Positions 30,001 to 33,065 of a DNA stretch of 64,000 bases are shown piece after piece. Within the stretch, counting starts at the first letter, position 1. The number at the start of each line of letters is the position of its first letter. The position numbers and the translations under genes are program-made. The notes under the pieces were generated by a model that saw only the letters and a program-made list of their open reading frames with translations, ran no database searches and had not been told where the DNA came from. The stretch spans positions 768,001-832,000 of the forward strand of contig CAXXDN010000002.1 of the NCBI GenBank assembly GCA_963667465.2, read 5' to 3'. The stretch comes from Dehalococcoidia bacterium (GTDB lineage: Bacteria > Chloroflexota > Dehalococcoidia > UBA2979).

Positions 30001-32941
30001 TGCCCTCTTCGTTGTCCACGATCCGGCCCAGCACGATCAGTTCCCGGTCGGGGTAGCCGTCGCCGTCGGCGTCGGGGAAGTGGAAGCCGTCGTTGCCCTT
30101 CCGCAACCGCACCGCCACCGTCTCGTTCCCCTCCGGGATCTCGTCGTCAGTCACCGTCATGCTGAACGTTCTGCCAGGGGTCCTGTTGGCGTTGTTGTTG
30201 GGGAAGGACAGGTTCACGCTGCCCGACGTCGCCGAGGTGGTGAAGTCCGTGCCGCGCGTCGCGGTGCTCGTGTCGTCGAGGATTTCCCACGTCACCGTGC
30301 CGACGTCCAGCCGGCGTTCGGTGGTGATCCCGCGGGTGCCGCGCACACGGAAGGTCAGCGGGTCGCCCGAATCCTCCTCGACCTCCGGCGCCGTGACCTC
30401 GATCGTCCCGGTCGACTCGTCATCGTCCACGATGGTGACCTCGACGGTCAGCGCCTTCTTGCCGTTGACGAACCGGAAGTTGTCGTCGCCTCGTGGCGTC
30501 CGCAGCCTGATGACGAGCTTCTCGTCCGGCTCAAAGGCGAAATCGGGAATAGTCGTGAGATCGAGGGCCGTTTCCCGGGACCGAATGAGACCCGGTCCGA
30601 ACGTTACGGGCAGTGTTCCCGAAGCAGCCAGGGCATGGTCTTTCAGGCCCCCACCAGTGGTTGCCGTGCTCTCTGCTGAGACCACCTCCCATCTGAAACT
30701 ATAGGAACGCCCAACAGCGGATTCGGCCTGGCTCCGGTATGCGGTCAACATGATTTGCGCGGTGTTGCCGTCCGACGCCCCCGTGCCCGTGCCCTCACTC
30801 ACCGTCCCGGGAGCGGTGGCTGTCACCTGCCAATCGAGCAAGTCGTCGTCCTCGATGTGGTAGGTGAAGGTGACGGTCTTGTCCGGATCGCTGTCGGCGT
30901 CGTCCCCGTCCGGGAAGCTGCCGTCGAGCGCATTCAGCTTCAGCACGATCGACTCGCGCGACTCATGGATCTGGTCCGGACTGATGGCGATGACGAGGTC
31001 TTGCTCCACACTCGTCTTGCCCCGTTGGAAGTTGAAGGTGATATCGCCGGTCGCACCGGTGCGTCCGCCCACGGTGAAGTCGGTACCCGCTGTCGCTGTG
31101 CTTGTCGAGTCGATGGTGTAGCGGAACTTGCGGATCGTCTGCCTGGCCTGCGCGGCCTCCGCGAGGGAGCGGTGCGCGGTGAGCGTGAGCCGGATCTCAC
31201 CGGCATCCGCGGCCTTGCTCCCCTCCGTCACGACCGTCCCTTCAGCCGGCGCCTCCACGAAGATCCGGCCGGCGGGCACATCATCGTTCGCGATGGTGTA
31301 GGAGAAGTCCGCGTGGGCGGCGCCACCGGGCAGCGAGAGGCTCTTGCCGCCGATGAGGCCGGGCCCGGGTGAGAACCGGAGCGTCGCCGTCTCGGCCCCC
31401 TCCACCATGTCGTCCGGGTTGACTTCCATCGTGAGGGTTCGCTCAGCCTTCCCCGCGTTGAGGGGGAAGCCGAGCGCCAGGGTCATCTTGTTGAACTGGC
31501 GGATCGGGGGGCGCGTGACCTGGGGCTCGCGCGCCCAGATATCGCGCGTCTCCTCGGCGATCGGAACGCTGTTGTGTTCGCTATGGCCCTTCAGGTCGAC
31601 ATCCGGGTTCTGGGCGAGCGGGAACCACCAGCCCACCGTCCAGCTGGTGTTGACCGCGGTCTCCTCGGCGGCCGGGGGCGGGCGGTGCACCGTGACGGTG
31701 AAGTCGACCTGCCCCCCGGAGGTCTTGTCGAGCGCGGTGCCCTCCACCAGCGCTGACCCCTTCGGGACGCTGGGTGTGATGGTCACCACCCCGGCCTCCG
31801 GTTCGTCGTCGGCGATGTACGGCTTGACGATGACATTCCTGCGGGGGGCATCGCCGGGGGTCTGGGGGACAATTGTGGTTTGCAGCAGCGCCCCGGGGAA
31901 GGAATCGCGAACCGAGAACGACAGCGTGACCACCTCGTTGCCCTCGGCCCACAGGTCCGGCACGGTCTCCAGCACGATGCGTTTCGACTGCGCACACAGG
32001 GTCTCACCCGGTCCGTCCGGGTTCCCCGGTGGCATGTCGAACCGGACCGTGCCGCTTGTCGGCCCCGTGAAGTCGCGGAACGGTCCCGAACTGCTCGCCG
32101 TGCTCGTTTCTGTCACCCGCCAGTCGACCTCGGCGATGGTGCGTGTCAGGCACGCCGCATCCGGCCTGAAGAAGACCAGCTGCGCGCCGAAATCGGTGCC
32201 GGTTCCGCTGTCCCCCTCCGCGCCGCGGCCGTCCCTGCCATCGGCGCTAATGGGGATGACGGTGATCCTGGGCAGCTCCTGGTCGTCGTCCGCGATCGTT
32301 GCCTCTACCTGCCTGGAGTGCTTCGCGCCGTTCGGAGCGTCCTTCAGCTCGACCGTCGTCAGGCCACCGAGCTCACCCTTGAGTGTGAAGTTCACCCTGA
32401 CCGATTCATCCACCTCCTGAAAACGGTCCGAGATGGTCTTCATGTCAATGGTCGCCGTCGCGGAATCGGTATTCGTGCCTGAGAATGGGAAGTAGACGCG
32501 GAACCGCCCGCAGAACTCGTCGTCGCAAGCGTTGCTGTCCTGCTTCGAGATCGCCGAGCCCGAGGTCTTCACCACGGGATCGTCGACATCCCCGTGCTCG
32601 TGGGCGTAGTTGGGAACGGCGGGCCCGGTCAGGGTGGCAGCGCCCGACCGGTGGTTGCGATCGCTATGCCAGTCACGATCGATATTCCAGTCGACCCAGA
32701 AGCTGATGATCGGTTTGGCAGCTTCGGTGGCCGGGCGGTTCACCTCGATGGTGAACGTGAGCTTGTTGCCGTGGCTTGCCTGGTCCTTGGCGGTGCCCTC
32801 GGTTACGCCGACGGCGCTCACGGTGACGATGGTGGTGGGAGTCGTCTGGGCGAAGACCAGGCCCGGGAGGAATACAATAGTAATAGCAAGCAGGGACAGG
32901 GCGCCAACCGCCGTGTAGAAGCTGACCCGTCTCAGGGACAT
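1..32941 (-). CDS. Giant secreted Calx-beta/Ig-like repeat surface protein (putative adhesin), at least ~10,980 aa; 3' end lies beyond the left edge
   Basis: ATG at 32941 gives MSLRRVSFYTAVGALSLLAITIVFLPGLVFA|QTT (Sec signal peptide). The same frame reads sensible protein at spot checks near 30500, 29300, 26900, 1500, 620 and at 2-40 (..VTITDDDSTPT). The ORF track lists no terminated minus-strand ORF in this frame, consistent with no internal stop. Recurrent Calx-beta-like motifs: V.EG, ATAG.DY, TI.AG, DE.DETF.VTL, TI.DDD. Alternative in-frame ATG at 33049. Confidence 0.9.
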   Translation of the reverse strand, partial: MSLRRVSFYTAVGALSLLAITIVFLPGLVFAQTTPTTIVTVSAVGVTEGTAKDQASHGNKLTFTIEVNRPATEAAKPIISFWVDWNIDRDWHSDRNHRSGAATLTGPAVPNYAHEHGDVDDPVVKTSGSAISKQDSNACDDEFCGRFRVYFPFSGTNTDSATATIDMKTISDRFQEVDESVRVNFTLKGELGGLTTVELKDAPNGAKHSRQVEATIADDDQELPRITVIPISADGRDGRGAEGDSGTGTDFGAQLVFFRPDAACLTRTIAEVDWRVTETSTASSSGPFRDFTGPTSGTVRFDMPPGNPDGPGETLCAQSKRIVLETVPDLWAEGNEVVTLSFSVRDSFPGALLQTTIVPQTPGDAPRRNVIVKPYIADDEPEAGVVTITPSVPKGSALVEGTALDKTSGGQVDFTVTVHRPPPAAEETAVNTSWTVGWWFPLAQNPDVDLKGHSEHNSVPIAEETRDIWAREPQVTRPPIRQFNKMTLALGFPLNAGKAERTLTMEVNPDDMVEGAETATLRFSPGPGLIGGKSLSLPGGAAHADFSYTIANDDVPAGRIFVEAPAEGTVVTEGSKAADAGEIRLTLTAHRSLAEAAQARQTIRKFRYTIDSTSTATAGTDFTVGGRTGATGDITFNFQRGKTSVEQDLVIAISPDQIHESRESIVLKLNALDGSFPDGDDADSDPDKTVTFTYHIEDDDLLDWQVTATAPGTVSEGTGTGASDGNTAQIMLTAYRSQAESAVGRSYSFRWEVVSAESTATTGGGLKDHALAASGTLPVTFGPGLIRSRETALDLTTIPDFAFEPDEKLVIRLRTPRGDDNFRFVNGKKALTVEVTIVDDDESTGTIEVTAPEVEEDSGDPLTFRVRGTRGITTERRLDVGTVTWEILDDTSTATRGTDFTTSATSGSVNLSFPNNNANRTPGRTFSMTVTDDEIPEGNETVAVRLRKGNDGFHFPDADGDGYPDRELIVLGRIVDNEEGTTTVTIKPSTYNGEGDDITFTVTTTKQPMGEEGAYTNPRSSGVLRWELIPETAAFSPTNEAAGYKTGEDFKFKSISSETADQDSGRPANDQPTYTTTLSNGRLTGKMELVMPAGDIVETHEIKFATHVDGLVEQAERFTVRFWLDDADIGDLMFPEADAGERSELLASAELHSKEQVDVNVPSALSVIEGEDVVVEMSLARQLKVGESATLTFNAMRGGVGGSCGAEMAQHDLDYVPVPSRTLTWRSGEQTKRIAITTIGDALDNADKCFQIVWEAGAGGLKVKGSSTRPGTVTLYYTDVTIADDDDPPALYAKDAYVVEADEGETPDLRFEIGLNTPTNKEVQVSYALDTSNTTAPNNEYPDAATAGVDFVSSTAAGTVTFKPGEVRKYVEVQVTGDYTEEENEWLRLKFAVMGEAAVTFDGGSELVRTGFIRDDDDELELSITLDDPRVQEGENVVYRLHLSRPISRPISRSLVVQVLARDESAKAGSDYASGGWRFIVPPGATEATIAIPTIEDGVSGEGTEKFSVSVANIILGGGAGAKEERELFGSDFTLHAFTASIKAPSVEVLDGPSVSIVPVYPEGQVEGMPQLFEARLSEPVGRDITVTIKSKDPLFDPSDDFQPGLGYRKLTNEFAASSLQSDRDYTALPEAGKSMTIPAGETSAPRFSLATVDDGIDEWAERFIVYITDSSGMQIDENLAVGIIRDNDARPTLSISDATAVTEGGDLTFTATLSAPSQKNVTVQWHTEDGSAIAAEGDYEAALPQTLTFPRYANTFDTWSGGKVPARITVKTLNDEAKEGTETLRVVLSQAPEAKSGTLSATGQILDDDDQASVTIEDAAPVAEASGAAAQFTVRLRRAQSVPVTVQWSTVEAVGSGFEAAQAGGESTWGRDDFTPVSNASLTFAPGETAKTISVGIKEDTRGEGTEYFLVKLSGDPAKVRFERDTARGYIEDPNALRIWLSDETLRYIQDGIPEGSGGKTGSHYSTTVDTPVTLTLRRTPIPQDEVAYHEGLRTLSCFREMATGGRSATVHPESTVAVNAGAFDIASSNAADVLFQARRFEANRSLQCQTRQEVLWPLYQDWESGVWELTIPLAIPQDTRKEKDESFTVQVEFISAPTTLRRTALPDFINFELTFTIVDDDSNKVSLDFAPDSPAGGTDDDGLKYKSVQEGAGAMLRVSTSEPVATLQTVSIITRTETAEPGVDFAYAGASQVIIPAGQSHVDVPISVLDDIVYEEAESFVLELVNESNGIAIHTPQDAVRVKIPEDRPTLYVVPDVTVDEGDAATLTFRFDQPLRTDTIVSWFLVSLGVPNQATAGVHYVHPGGNNVTIPEGEISKSITISTLDNGKADGDWVFGLVARADGLGKLDTQYSHPGYELHVSLVTIRDTGTRSVAFSETPGDVSKPEGFAYDLSRPKVSVQPPDKPVFFSLAGADASHFKIHPITGVISVPALHRAAPKDAGTDNKYDLLLHVTDEDGNRATASISVTVEERPLHIEPATIAIAEKVVTTDGDTTTEAPGSAVLTVYPAAGSIREGEEVVITLSAKEVAPAYTLQRTKGNPDDPQDDGADATTELTYTFANRNARHEVTVTAVDDEIANDPPKREGVIVITVKGGGYLETQQFEVPVSVTDDDQKGILITPTELTLVESLPTDPVDVEYTVVLTSEPTGPVSVKLTGIQNSDNLLVGSGRDSDGDLVLLPNNTLTFTTKNWNKPQTVVLHKKHIRTAERDRTITIKHEVTGADYGSVEADDVAVKVLNIDATLNFGGPNKPTEGDDVEFMFFILGGAPRDYELTWSTADGPKDGANQAVAGVDYTQVTDQVLTIEKGEGAIGDEIVLTVQTTQDLIDEEDETFIITFDGPDNLVTPGVGSVKGTIKDDDEAPTVSVGDATAVAEGNDPKTATDMTFTVTLSAASSREITVDYTLGGTATAGSDYTDPATKTVTIAAGEATGSIVVPVLGDVVDEPNETITVTLSNPTNATLSTTAGDTEAMGTITDDDDGPAVTIADASAVLEGNDPNTATDMTFTVTLAAASEQDATIEYTLGGTATAGEDYTDPATKSITIEAGKTEGSIVIAVLGDVVDEVAETIVVTLTSPTNATLGSPAEATGTITDDDDAPAVSVSNASAVLEGNDPNTATDMTFTVTLAAASGQAATIEYTLGGTATAGEDYTDPATKTITIAAGEATGSIVVPVLGDVVDEDDETIILTLTNPTNATLSSTAGETEATGTITDDDASPAVTIANASAVLEGDDPSTATDMTFTVTLSAASQRATSVSYTLGGAATAGEDYIDPAPKTVTIAAGETEGKIVVPVLGDLVHDPGETIIVTLASPTNATLGTPKTATGTITDDDTAPTTASLSVSPSSVAEGAGATTVTVTATLDAITEVVRDTTVDPPTETTITKAITFATDTTVTVKVGKAGDAAESGTDYTAVSDVTLTISAGELSGEKTFSLAPKQDTLDEDDEKLTVHATATGLTISDAEVTITDDDALPTVTIADATAVPEGDDPGTATNMTFAVTLSAASGRDVSVDYTLGGTATADEDYTDPETKTITIKAGSATGSIVIPVLGDELDEPNETVTVTLTSPANATLGTTKTASGTISDDDERGVTLTNPAGVAVPAGGLTVHEVDKTATEDVAEHLATYEVSLASKPTGTVTITVGSADPTVATVSAKTLTFTPSNWAAQTVTVTAVDDDVDNAGDQRKTSITHTVSSSGNDYDGESVGSVAVTVTDDEATPTATLVLSPATINESGNGNASTVTATLSGKSDRAVTIEVSVPNGSPVTLSTNKTLTIAAGTTTSAGTVTLTAVDNDVDAPNATVSVSGTATGGGVSDPSAVTLTITDDEGTPTVSLALTPSTIDESGDDNESTVTATLSVASSEQVTVEVSVPNGSPVTLTTNKTLTIAAGAKTSTGTVTLTAVDNDVDAPNATVTVSGAASGGGVANPSPVTLTITDDEDTPTVTLSLSPTTINESGNGNASTVTATLSGESSEQVTVEVSVPAQSPVTLSANKTLTIAAGAKSSTGTVTLTAVDNDVDAPNATVTVSGAASGGGVSSPSPVTLTITDDDDAPTTAALSVSPSSVAEGAGATTVTVTATLAGSVTFAADTTVTVKVGKDGDAAESGTDYTAVSDVTLTITAGQKSGQGTFSLAPLQDTLDEADEKLTVHATATDLTIADAEVTITDDDALPELTIANASVAEGGKAQFTVSLGEVSGRDVTVQWTTGDDGAQGASQATADTDYTAQSSAATLTIAAGSRTGTIEVQTTEDSIAEGDETFTVTLASPTNATLGTSTATGTITDDDTAPTTASLSVSPSSVAEGAGATTVTVTATLAGSVTFDANTTVTVKVGKTGDTAVSDTDYTAVSDVTLTITAGQKSGQGTFSLAPMQDTLDEADEKLTVHATATDLTISDAEVTITDDDALPELTIADASVAEGGKAEFTVTLGAVSGRDVTVQWTTGDDGADGANQATADTDYTAQTTAQTLTIKSGSRTGTIEVQTTEDSIAEDAETFTVTLASPTNATLGSSSTATGTITDDDTAPTTAALSVNPPSVGEEDSATTVTVTATLGGTTTFDADTTVTVKVGEDGDAAESGTDYTAVSDVTLTISAGQKSGEQTFSLAPKQDTLDEDDEKLTVHATATGLTIADAEVSITDDDALPTVSIANAAAVAEGDDPGTATNMTFAVTLSAASGRDVSVDYTLGGTATADEDYTDPETKTITIDAGDEAGSISIPVLGDELDEPNETVMVTLTNPTNATLGKPNAASGTISDDDERGVTLTNPAGVAVPAGGLTVHEVDKDATADVAEDVATYEVSLASKPTGTVTITVASADTTVATVSAETLTFTPSEWDAQLVTVTAVDDDLDNAGDQRKTSITHTVSSSGNDYDDESVGSVAVTVTDDEATPVATLALTPSTIDESGATNESTVTATLSGKSDRAVTIEVAVPNSSPVTLGANTTLTIAAGATTSTGAVTLTAVDNDVDAPNTTVSVSGTASGGGVSDPSAVTLTITDDEGTPTVSLSLTPTTIDESGNGNASTVTATLSGESSEQVTVEVSVPNGAPVTLSANKTLTIAAGAKTSAGTVTLTAVDNDVDAPNATVSVSGAASGGGVANPQAVTLTITDDDDAPTTASLAVSPSSVGEEDSATTVTVTATLGGSTTFAADTTVAVKVGKGGDTAVSDTDYTGVSGFNITITAGQKSGQGTFSLAPTQDTLDEDNEKLTVHATATGLTISDAEVTITDDDALPELTIADASVAEGGKAEFTVTLGAVSGREVTVQWTTGDDGAQGANQATADTDYTAQTTAQTLTIAAGSRTGTIEVQTTEDTIAESDETFTVTLASPTNTTLGSPSTATGTITDDDTAPTTASLSVSPSSVGEEDSATTVTVTATLGGTTTFDADTTVTVKVGKDGDAAESGTDYTAVSDVTLTITAGQKSGQGTFSLAPKQDTLDEDDEKLTVHATATGLTIADAEVSITDDDALPTVSIADASVAEGGKAQFTVSLGAVSGRDVTVQWTTGDDGAEGANQATADTDYTAQTTAQTLTIAAGSATGTIEVQTTEDSIAEDAETFAVTLASPTNATLGTSTATGTITDDDTAPTTAALSVNPPSVGEEDSATTVTVTATLAGSVTFTADTTVAVKVGKDGDTAVSDTDYTAVSDVTLTISAGQKSGEQTFSLAPKQDTLDEDDEMLTVHATASGLTIADAEVSITDDDALPTVSIANAAAVPEGDDPGTATNMTFTVTLSAVSGRDVSVDYTLGGTATADEDYTDPETKTITIKAGSATGSIVIPVLGDELDEPNETVTVTLASPTNATLGTTKTASGTITDDDERGVTLTNTAGVAVPAGGLTVHEVDKTATEDVAEHVATYEVSLASKPTGTVTITVASADTTVATVSPKTLTFTPSEWDAQLVTVTAVDDDLDNAGDQRKTSITHTVSSRGNDYDSQSVGSVAVTVTDDEATPTATLSLSPATINESGDDNESTVTATLSGKSDRAVTIEVSVPNGSPVTLSANKTLTIAAEATTSTGAVTLTAVDNDGDAPNATVSVSGAASGGGVSDPSAVTLTITDDEGTPTATLVLSPTTINENGNGNASTVTATLSVASSEQVTLEVSVPAQSPVTLSANKTLTIAAGAKTSAGTVTLTAVDNDVDAPNATVTVSGAASGGGVSSPSPVTLTITDDEGTPTVSLSLNPTTIDESGDDNASTVTATLSVASSEQVTVEVSVPAQSPVTLSANKTLTIAAGAKTSTGTVTLTAVDNDVDAPNATVSVSGAASGGGVAHPSPVTLTITDDDDAPTTASLSVSPSSVAEGAAATTVTVTATLAGSVTFAADTTVTVKVGKDGDTAESGTDYTAVSDVTLTITAGQKSGQGTFSLAPRQDTLDEDGEKLTVHATASGLTIADAEVTITDDDALPELTIADASVAEGGKAQFTVSLDAVSGRDVTVQWTTGDDGAEGANQATADTDYTAQTTAQTLTIAAGSRTGTIEVQTTEDSIAEDAETFAVTLASPTNTTLGSPSTATGTITDDDTAPTTASLSVSPTSVGEEDSATTVTVTATLGGSTTFAADTTVAVTVGKDGDAAESGTDYTGVSGFNITITAGQKSGQGTFSLAPKQDTLDEADEKLTVHATATDLTIAVAEVTITDDDALPELTIADASVAEGGKAEFTVTLGAVSGRDVTVQWTTGDDGAEGAKQATADTDYTAQTTAQTLTIAAGSRTGTIEVQTTEDSIAEDAETFAVTLASPTNATLGTPKTATGTITDDDTAPTTASLSVSPSSVAEGAGATTVTVTATLDAITEVVRDTTVDPPTETTITKAITFATDTTVAVKVGKDGDTAVSDTDYTAVSDVTLTISAGQKSGEQTFSLTPKQDTLDEDDEKLTVHATATDLTISDAEVTITDDDALPTVTIADATAVPEGDDPGTATNMTFAVTLSAASGRDVSVDYTLGGTATADEDYTDPETKTITIDAGDEAGSISIPVLGDELDEPNETVTVTLTSPANATLGTTKTASGTISDDDERGVTLTNPAGVAVPAGGLTVHEVDKDATADVAEDVATYEVSLASKPTGTVTITVASADTTVATVSAETLTFTPSEWDAQLVTVTAVDDDLDNTGDQRKTSITHTVSSSGNDYDGESVGSVAVTVTDDEATPTATLVLSPATINESGNGNASTVTATLSGKSDRAVTIEVSVPNGSPVTLSTNKTLTIAAGTTTSAGTVTLTAVDNDVDAPNATVSVSGTASGGGVSNPSDVTLTITDDEGTPTATLVLTPSTIDESGDDNASTVTATLSGESSEQVTVEVSAPDGSPVTLSANKTLTIAAGAKTSTGTVTLTAVDNDVDAPNATVSVSGAASGGGVSDPSPVTLTITDDEGTPTVSLSLTPTTIDESGDDNESTVTATLSGKSDRAVTIEVSVPNGSPVTLSTNKTLTIAAGATTSTGAVTLTAVDNDVAAPNATVTVSGAASGGGVSSPSPVTLTITDDDDAPTTASLSVSPSSVAEGAGATTVTVTATLAGSVTFDADTTVAVKVGKDGDTAVSDTDYTGVSGFNITITAGESSGQKTFSLAPRQDTLDEDDEKLTVHATASGLTIADAEVTITDDDALPELTIADASVAEGGKAQFRVTLGAVSGRDVTVQWTTGDDGAQGANQATADTDYTAQSSAATLTIAAGSATGTIEVQTTEDSIAEDDETFTVTLASPTNATIGTSTATGTITDDDTASTTASLSVSPSSVAEGAAATTVTVTATLAGSVTFNADTTVAVKVGKDGDTASSGTDYTGVSGFNITITAGQSSGQGTFSLAPRQDTLDEDDEKLTVHATATGLTISDAEVTITDDDALPTVTIADATAVPEGDDPSTATNMTFAVTLSAASGRDVSVDYTLGGTATADEDYTDPETKTITIAAGSATGSIVIPVLGDELDEPNETVTVTLASPTNATLGTTKTASGTITDDDERGVTLTNTAGVAVPAGGLTVHEVDKTATEDVAEHVATYEVSLASKPTGTVTITVASADTTVATVSAETLTFTPSEWDAQTVTVTAVDDDVDNTGDQRKTSITHTVTSRGNDYEDESVGSVAVTVTDDEATPTATLSLTPSTIGESGATNESTVTATLSGKSDRAVTIEVSVPNGSPVTLSANTTLTIAAGATTSTGTVTLTAVDNDVDAPNATVSVSGVASGGGVAHPSPVTLTITDDEGTPTVSLSVSPATIDESGDDNASTVTATLSVASSEQVTVEVSVPNGSPVTFGANKTLTIAAGAKTSTGTVTLTAVDNAVDAPNATVSVSGVASGGGVANPSPVTLTITDDEGTPTVSLVLGPATIDESGDDNESTVTATLSGKSDRAVTIEVSVPNGSPVTLSTNKTLTIAAGTTTSAGTVTLTAVDNAVDAPNATVSVSGAASGGGVANPSPVTLTITDDDTAPTTASLSVNPSSVAEGAGATTVTVTATLAGSVTFNANKTVTVKVGKGGDTAVSDTDYTGVSDFSITITAGESSGEKTFSLAPLQDTLDEADEKLTVHATAEGLTIADAEVTITDDDTEPELTIADASVAEGGKAEFTVTLGAVSGRDVTVQWTTGDDGAEGAKQATADTDYTAQSSAATLTIAAGSATGTIEVQTTEDTVAEGAETFTVTLASPTNATLGTSTATGTIIDDDTAPTTASLSVNPTSVAEGAGATTVTVTATLAGSVTFNADTTVTVKVGKAGDTAVSDTDYTAVSDVTLTITAGQSSGQGTFSLAPLQDTLDEADEKLTVHATATDLTIAVAEVTITDDDALPELTIADASVAEGGKAEFTVTLGAVSGRDVTVQWTTGDDGAEGAKQATADTDYTAQTTAQTLTIAAGSRTGTIEVQTTEDSIAEDAETFAVTLASPTNATLGTPKTATGTITDDDTAPTTASLSVSPSSVAEGAGATTVTVTATLDAITEVVRDTTVDPPTETTITKAITFATDTTVAVKVGKDGDTAVSDTDYTAVSDVTLTISAGQKSGEQTFSLTPKQDTLDEDDEKLTVHATATDLTISDAEVTITDDDALPTVTIADATAVPEGDDPGTATNMTFAVTLSAASGRDVSVDYTLGGTATADEDYTDPETKTITIDAGDEAGSISIPVLGDELDEPNETVTVTLTSPANATLGTTKTASGTISDDDERGVTLTNPAGVAVPAGGLTVHEVDKDATADVAEDVATYEVSLASKPTGTVTITVASADTTVATVSAETLTFTPSEWDAQLVTVTAVDDDLDNTGDQRKTSITHTVSSSGNDYDGESVGSVAVTVTDDEATPVATLALSSATINESGNGNASTVTATLSGKSDRAVTIEVSVPNGSPVTLSTNKTLTIAAGTTTSAGTVTLTAVDNDVDAPNATVSVSGTASGGGVSNPSDVTLTITDDEGTPTATLVLTPSTIDESGDDNASTVTATLSGESSEQVTVEVSAPDGSPVTLSANKTLTIAAGAKTSTGTVTLTAVDNDVDAPNATVSVSGAASGGGVADPSDVTLTITDDEGTPTVTLSLSPTTIDESGDDNASTVTATLSGKSDRAVTIEVAVPNGAPVTLSANKTLTIAAEATTSTGTVTLTAVDNDVDAPNATVSVSGAASGGGVSDPSPVTLTITDDDTAPTTASLSVSPSSVGEEDTATTVTVTATLGGTTTFDADTTVTVKVGKDGDAAESGTDYTAVSDVTLTITAGQKSGQGTFSLAPKQDTLDEDDEKLTVHATATGLTIADAEVSITDDDALPTVSIADASVAEGGKAQFTVSLGAVSGRDVTVQWTTGDDGAEGANQATADTDYTAQTTAQTLTIAAGSATGTIEVQTTEDSIAEDAETFAVTLASPTNATLGTSTATGTITDDEATPTVTLSLSPTTINENGNGNASTVTATLSVASSEQVTLEVSVPAQSPVTLSANKTLTIAAGAKTSAGTVTLTAVDNDVDAPNATVLVSGAASGGGVADPSDVTLTITDDEGTPTVSLVLGPATIDESGDDNASTVTATLSVASSEQVTVEVSVPNGSPVTLTTNKTLTIAAGAKTSTGAVTLTAVDNDVDAPNATVTVSGAASGGGVANPQAVTLTITDDDDAPTTASLSVSPSSVAEGAGATTVTVTATLAGSVTFDADTTVAVKVGKDGDTAVSDTDYTGVSGFNITITAGESSGQQTFSLAPKQDTLDEDDEKLTVHATASGLTIADAEVTITDDDALPELTIADASVAEGGKAEFTVTLGAVSGREVTVQWTTGDDGADGANQATADTDYTAQTTAQTLTIAAGSRTGTIEVQTTEDTIAESDETFTVTLASPTNTTLGSSSTATGTITDDDTAPTTASLSVSPSSVAEGAGATTVTVTATLGGTTTFDADTTVTVKVGKDGDAAESGTDYTGVSGFNITITAGQSSGQGTFSLAPRQDTLDEDDEKLTVHATASGLTIADAEVTINDDDAAPTASVADAIAVMEGDSPQEIADMTFVVRLSNVSGKSVTVSYTLGGTATAGSDYTAPDPLSITIPAGSQQGNIVIPILGDTVVEGDETITVTLSTSSPRVRSRLPRQSPPPAQQASGTIQDNDGQPGVPSSLVLSPATISEGGGDRGATFVTARLSEPVTADVTFTVAVAPSTNATASDFRISTNRVLTVKAGALESRGFVTITAVDDDEVGPGKTVEVSATVTGTTQVQDPDPEDLTIGDDDLTGPPDSTVTFERAAYSLNEDGQLDIGVRLSSALATTAEVRYLLHAPNSVVGMDGDIITRSDGPDGWISTGELTFAAGDTRRLIRILPVDNNVVEPDEEVVISLLVVSGRVRAGSPTVVTLTDDDRSVLYLRPTYAEVEEGEQSLFRLRMQKPHQDDVTVDLAVSGTARAGEDFTALPATLTIPAGGQTAEVAIPTVADGIPEGTETLLVSLANVVGQHVTIDRSAGQHTLLIRDTSEVSPPTAVMLSVSPESVAENAGATTLTLTAAFVGPGTLATDAAVTVTVGQSGDTAVSGTDYTAAGPVTVPITAGQRSGQATFTLTPANDALPEGPETLTLHGAATGLTVSDATVTITDDDSTPT
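4640..6842. repeat. ~2.2 kb near-identical direct repeat, copy 1 (copy 2 at ~10985-13187, offset 6345)
   Basis: Shadow ORFs 5298/11643, 5553/11898, 5889/12234 and 6162/12507 have identical translations; only a few nucleotide differences seen by eye (near 5039 and 5211-5235). Confidence 0.85.
10985..13187. repeat. ~2.2 kb near-identical direct repeat, copy 2
   Basis: Matches 4640-6842 at offset 6345. Confidence 0.85.
22960..24360 (-). repeat. Four tandem, more diverged type-E Calx-beta modules preceding the main array
   Basis: Four copies of ..EG(N/D)DP.TATDMTFTVTL.AAS...Y.LGG.ATAG.DY.DPA.K..TI.AG...G.IV..VLGD.V.E..ETI..TL..PTNATL.. Confidence 0.8.
25510..25810 (-). other. Cadherin-like domain within the giant protein
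   Basis: Translation ..VSKPEG..PVFFSLAGADASHFKIHPITGVISVPALHRAAPKDAGTDNKYDLLLHVTDEDGNRATASISVTVEE resembles the bacterial cadherin pattern (L.GADA..F.I...TG, P.D...DN.Y....VTD). Confidence 0.6.
28583..28614. repeat. In-frame 12-bp tandem duplication (GCGCGAGATGGG x~2.7) encoding LSRPISRPISRS
   Basis: Seen directly in the sequence. Confidence 0.8.
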
Positions 32942-33065
32942 CAGCGGTGACCGACTGTGACTATCGAGGCGTCCGGCGCAAACACCCGCTGGAACACCTA
33001 GTGCCGAGCCTGCATGAGCTCGCTCCCCTCCCGGCGCGCAGGGCAACATCCATGCAACGACATTG

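Noticed and set aside
30485-30493. RGD tripeptide (TPRGDD) in the giant protein
   Set aside because: One RGD in ~11,000 G/D-rich residues is expected by chance.
234-32950. Dozens of plus-strand ORFs up to 1304 aa and short minus-strand ORFs in other frames
   Set aside because: Antisense or off-frame shadows of the giant gene; R/H/V-rich or S/V/T-rich translations arise from its GAC/ACC/GTC codon bias.
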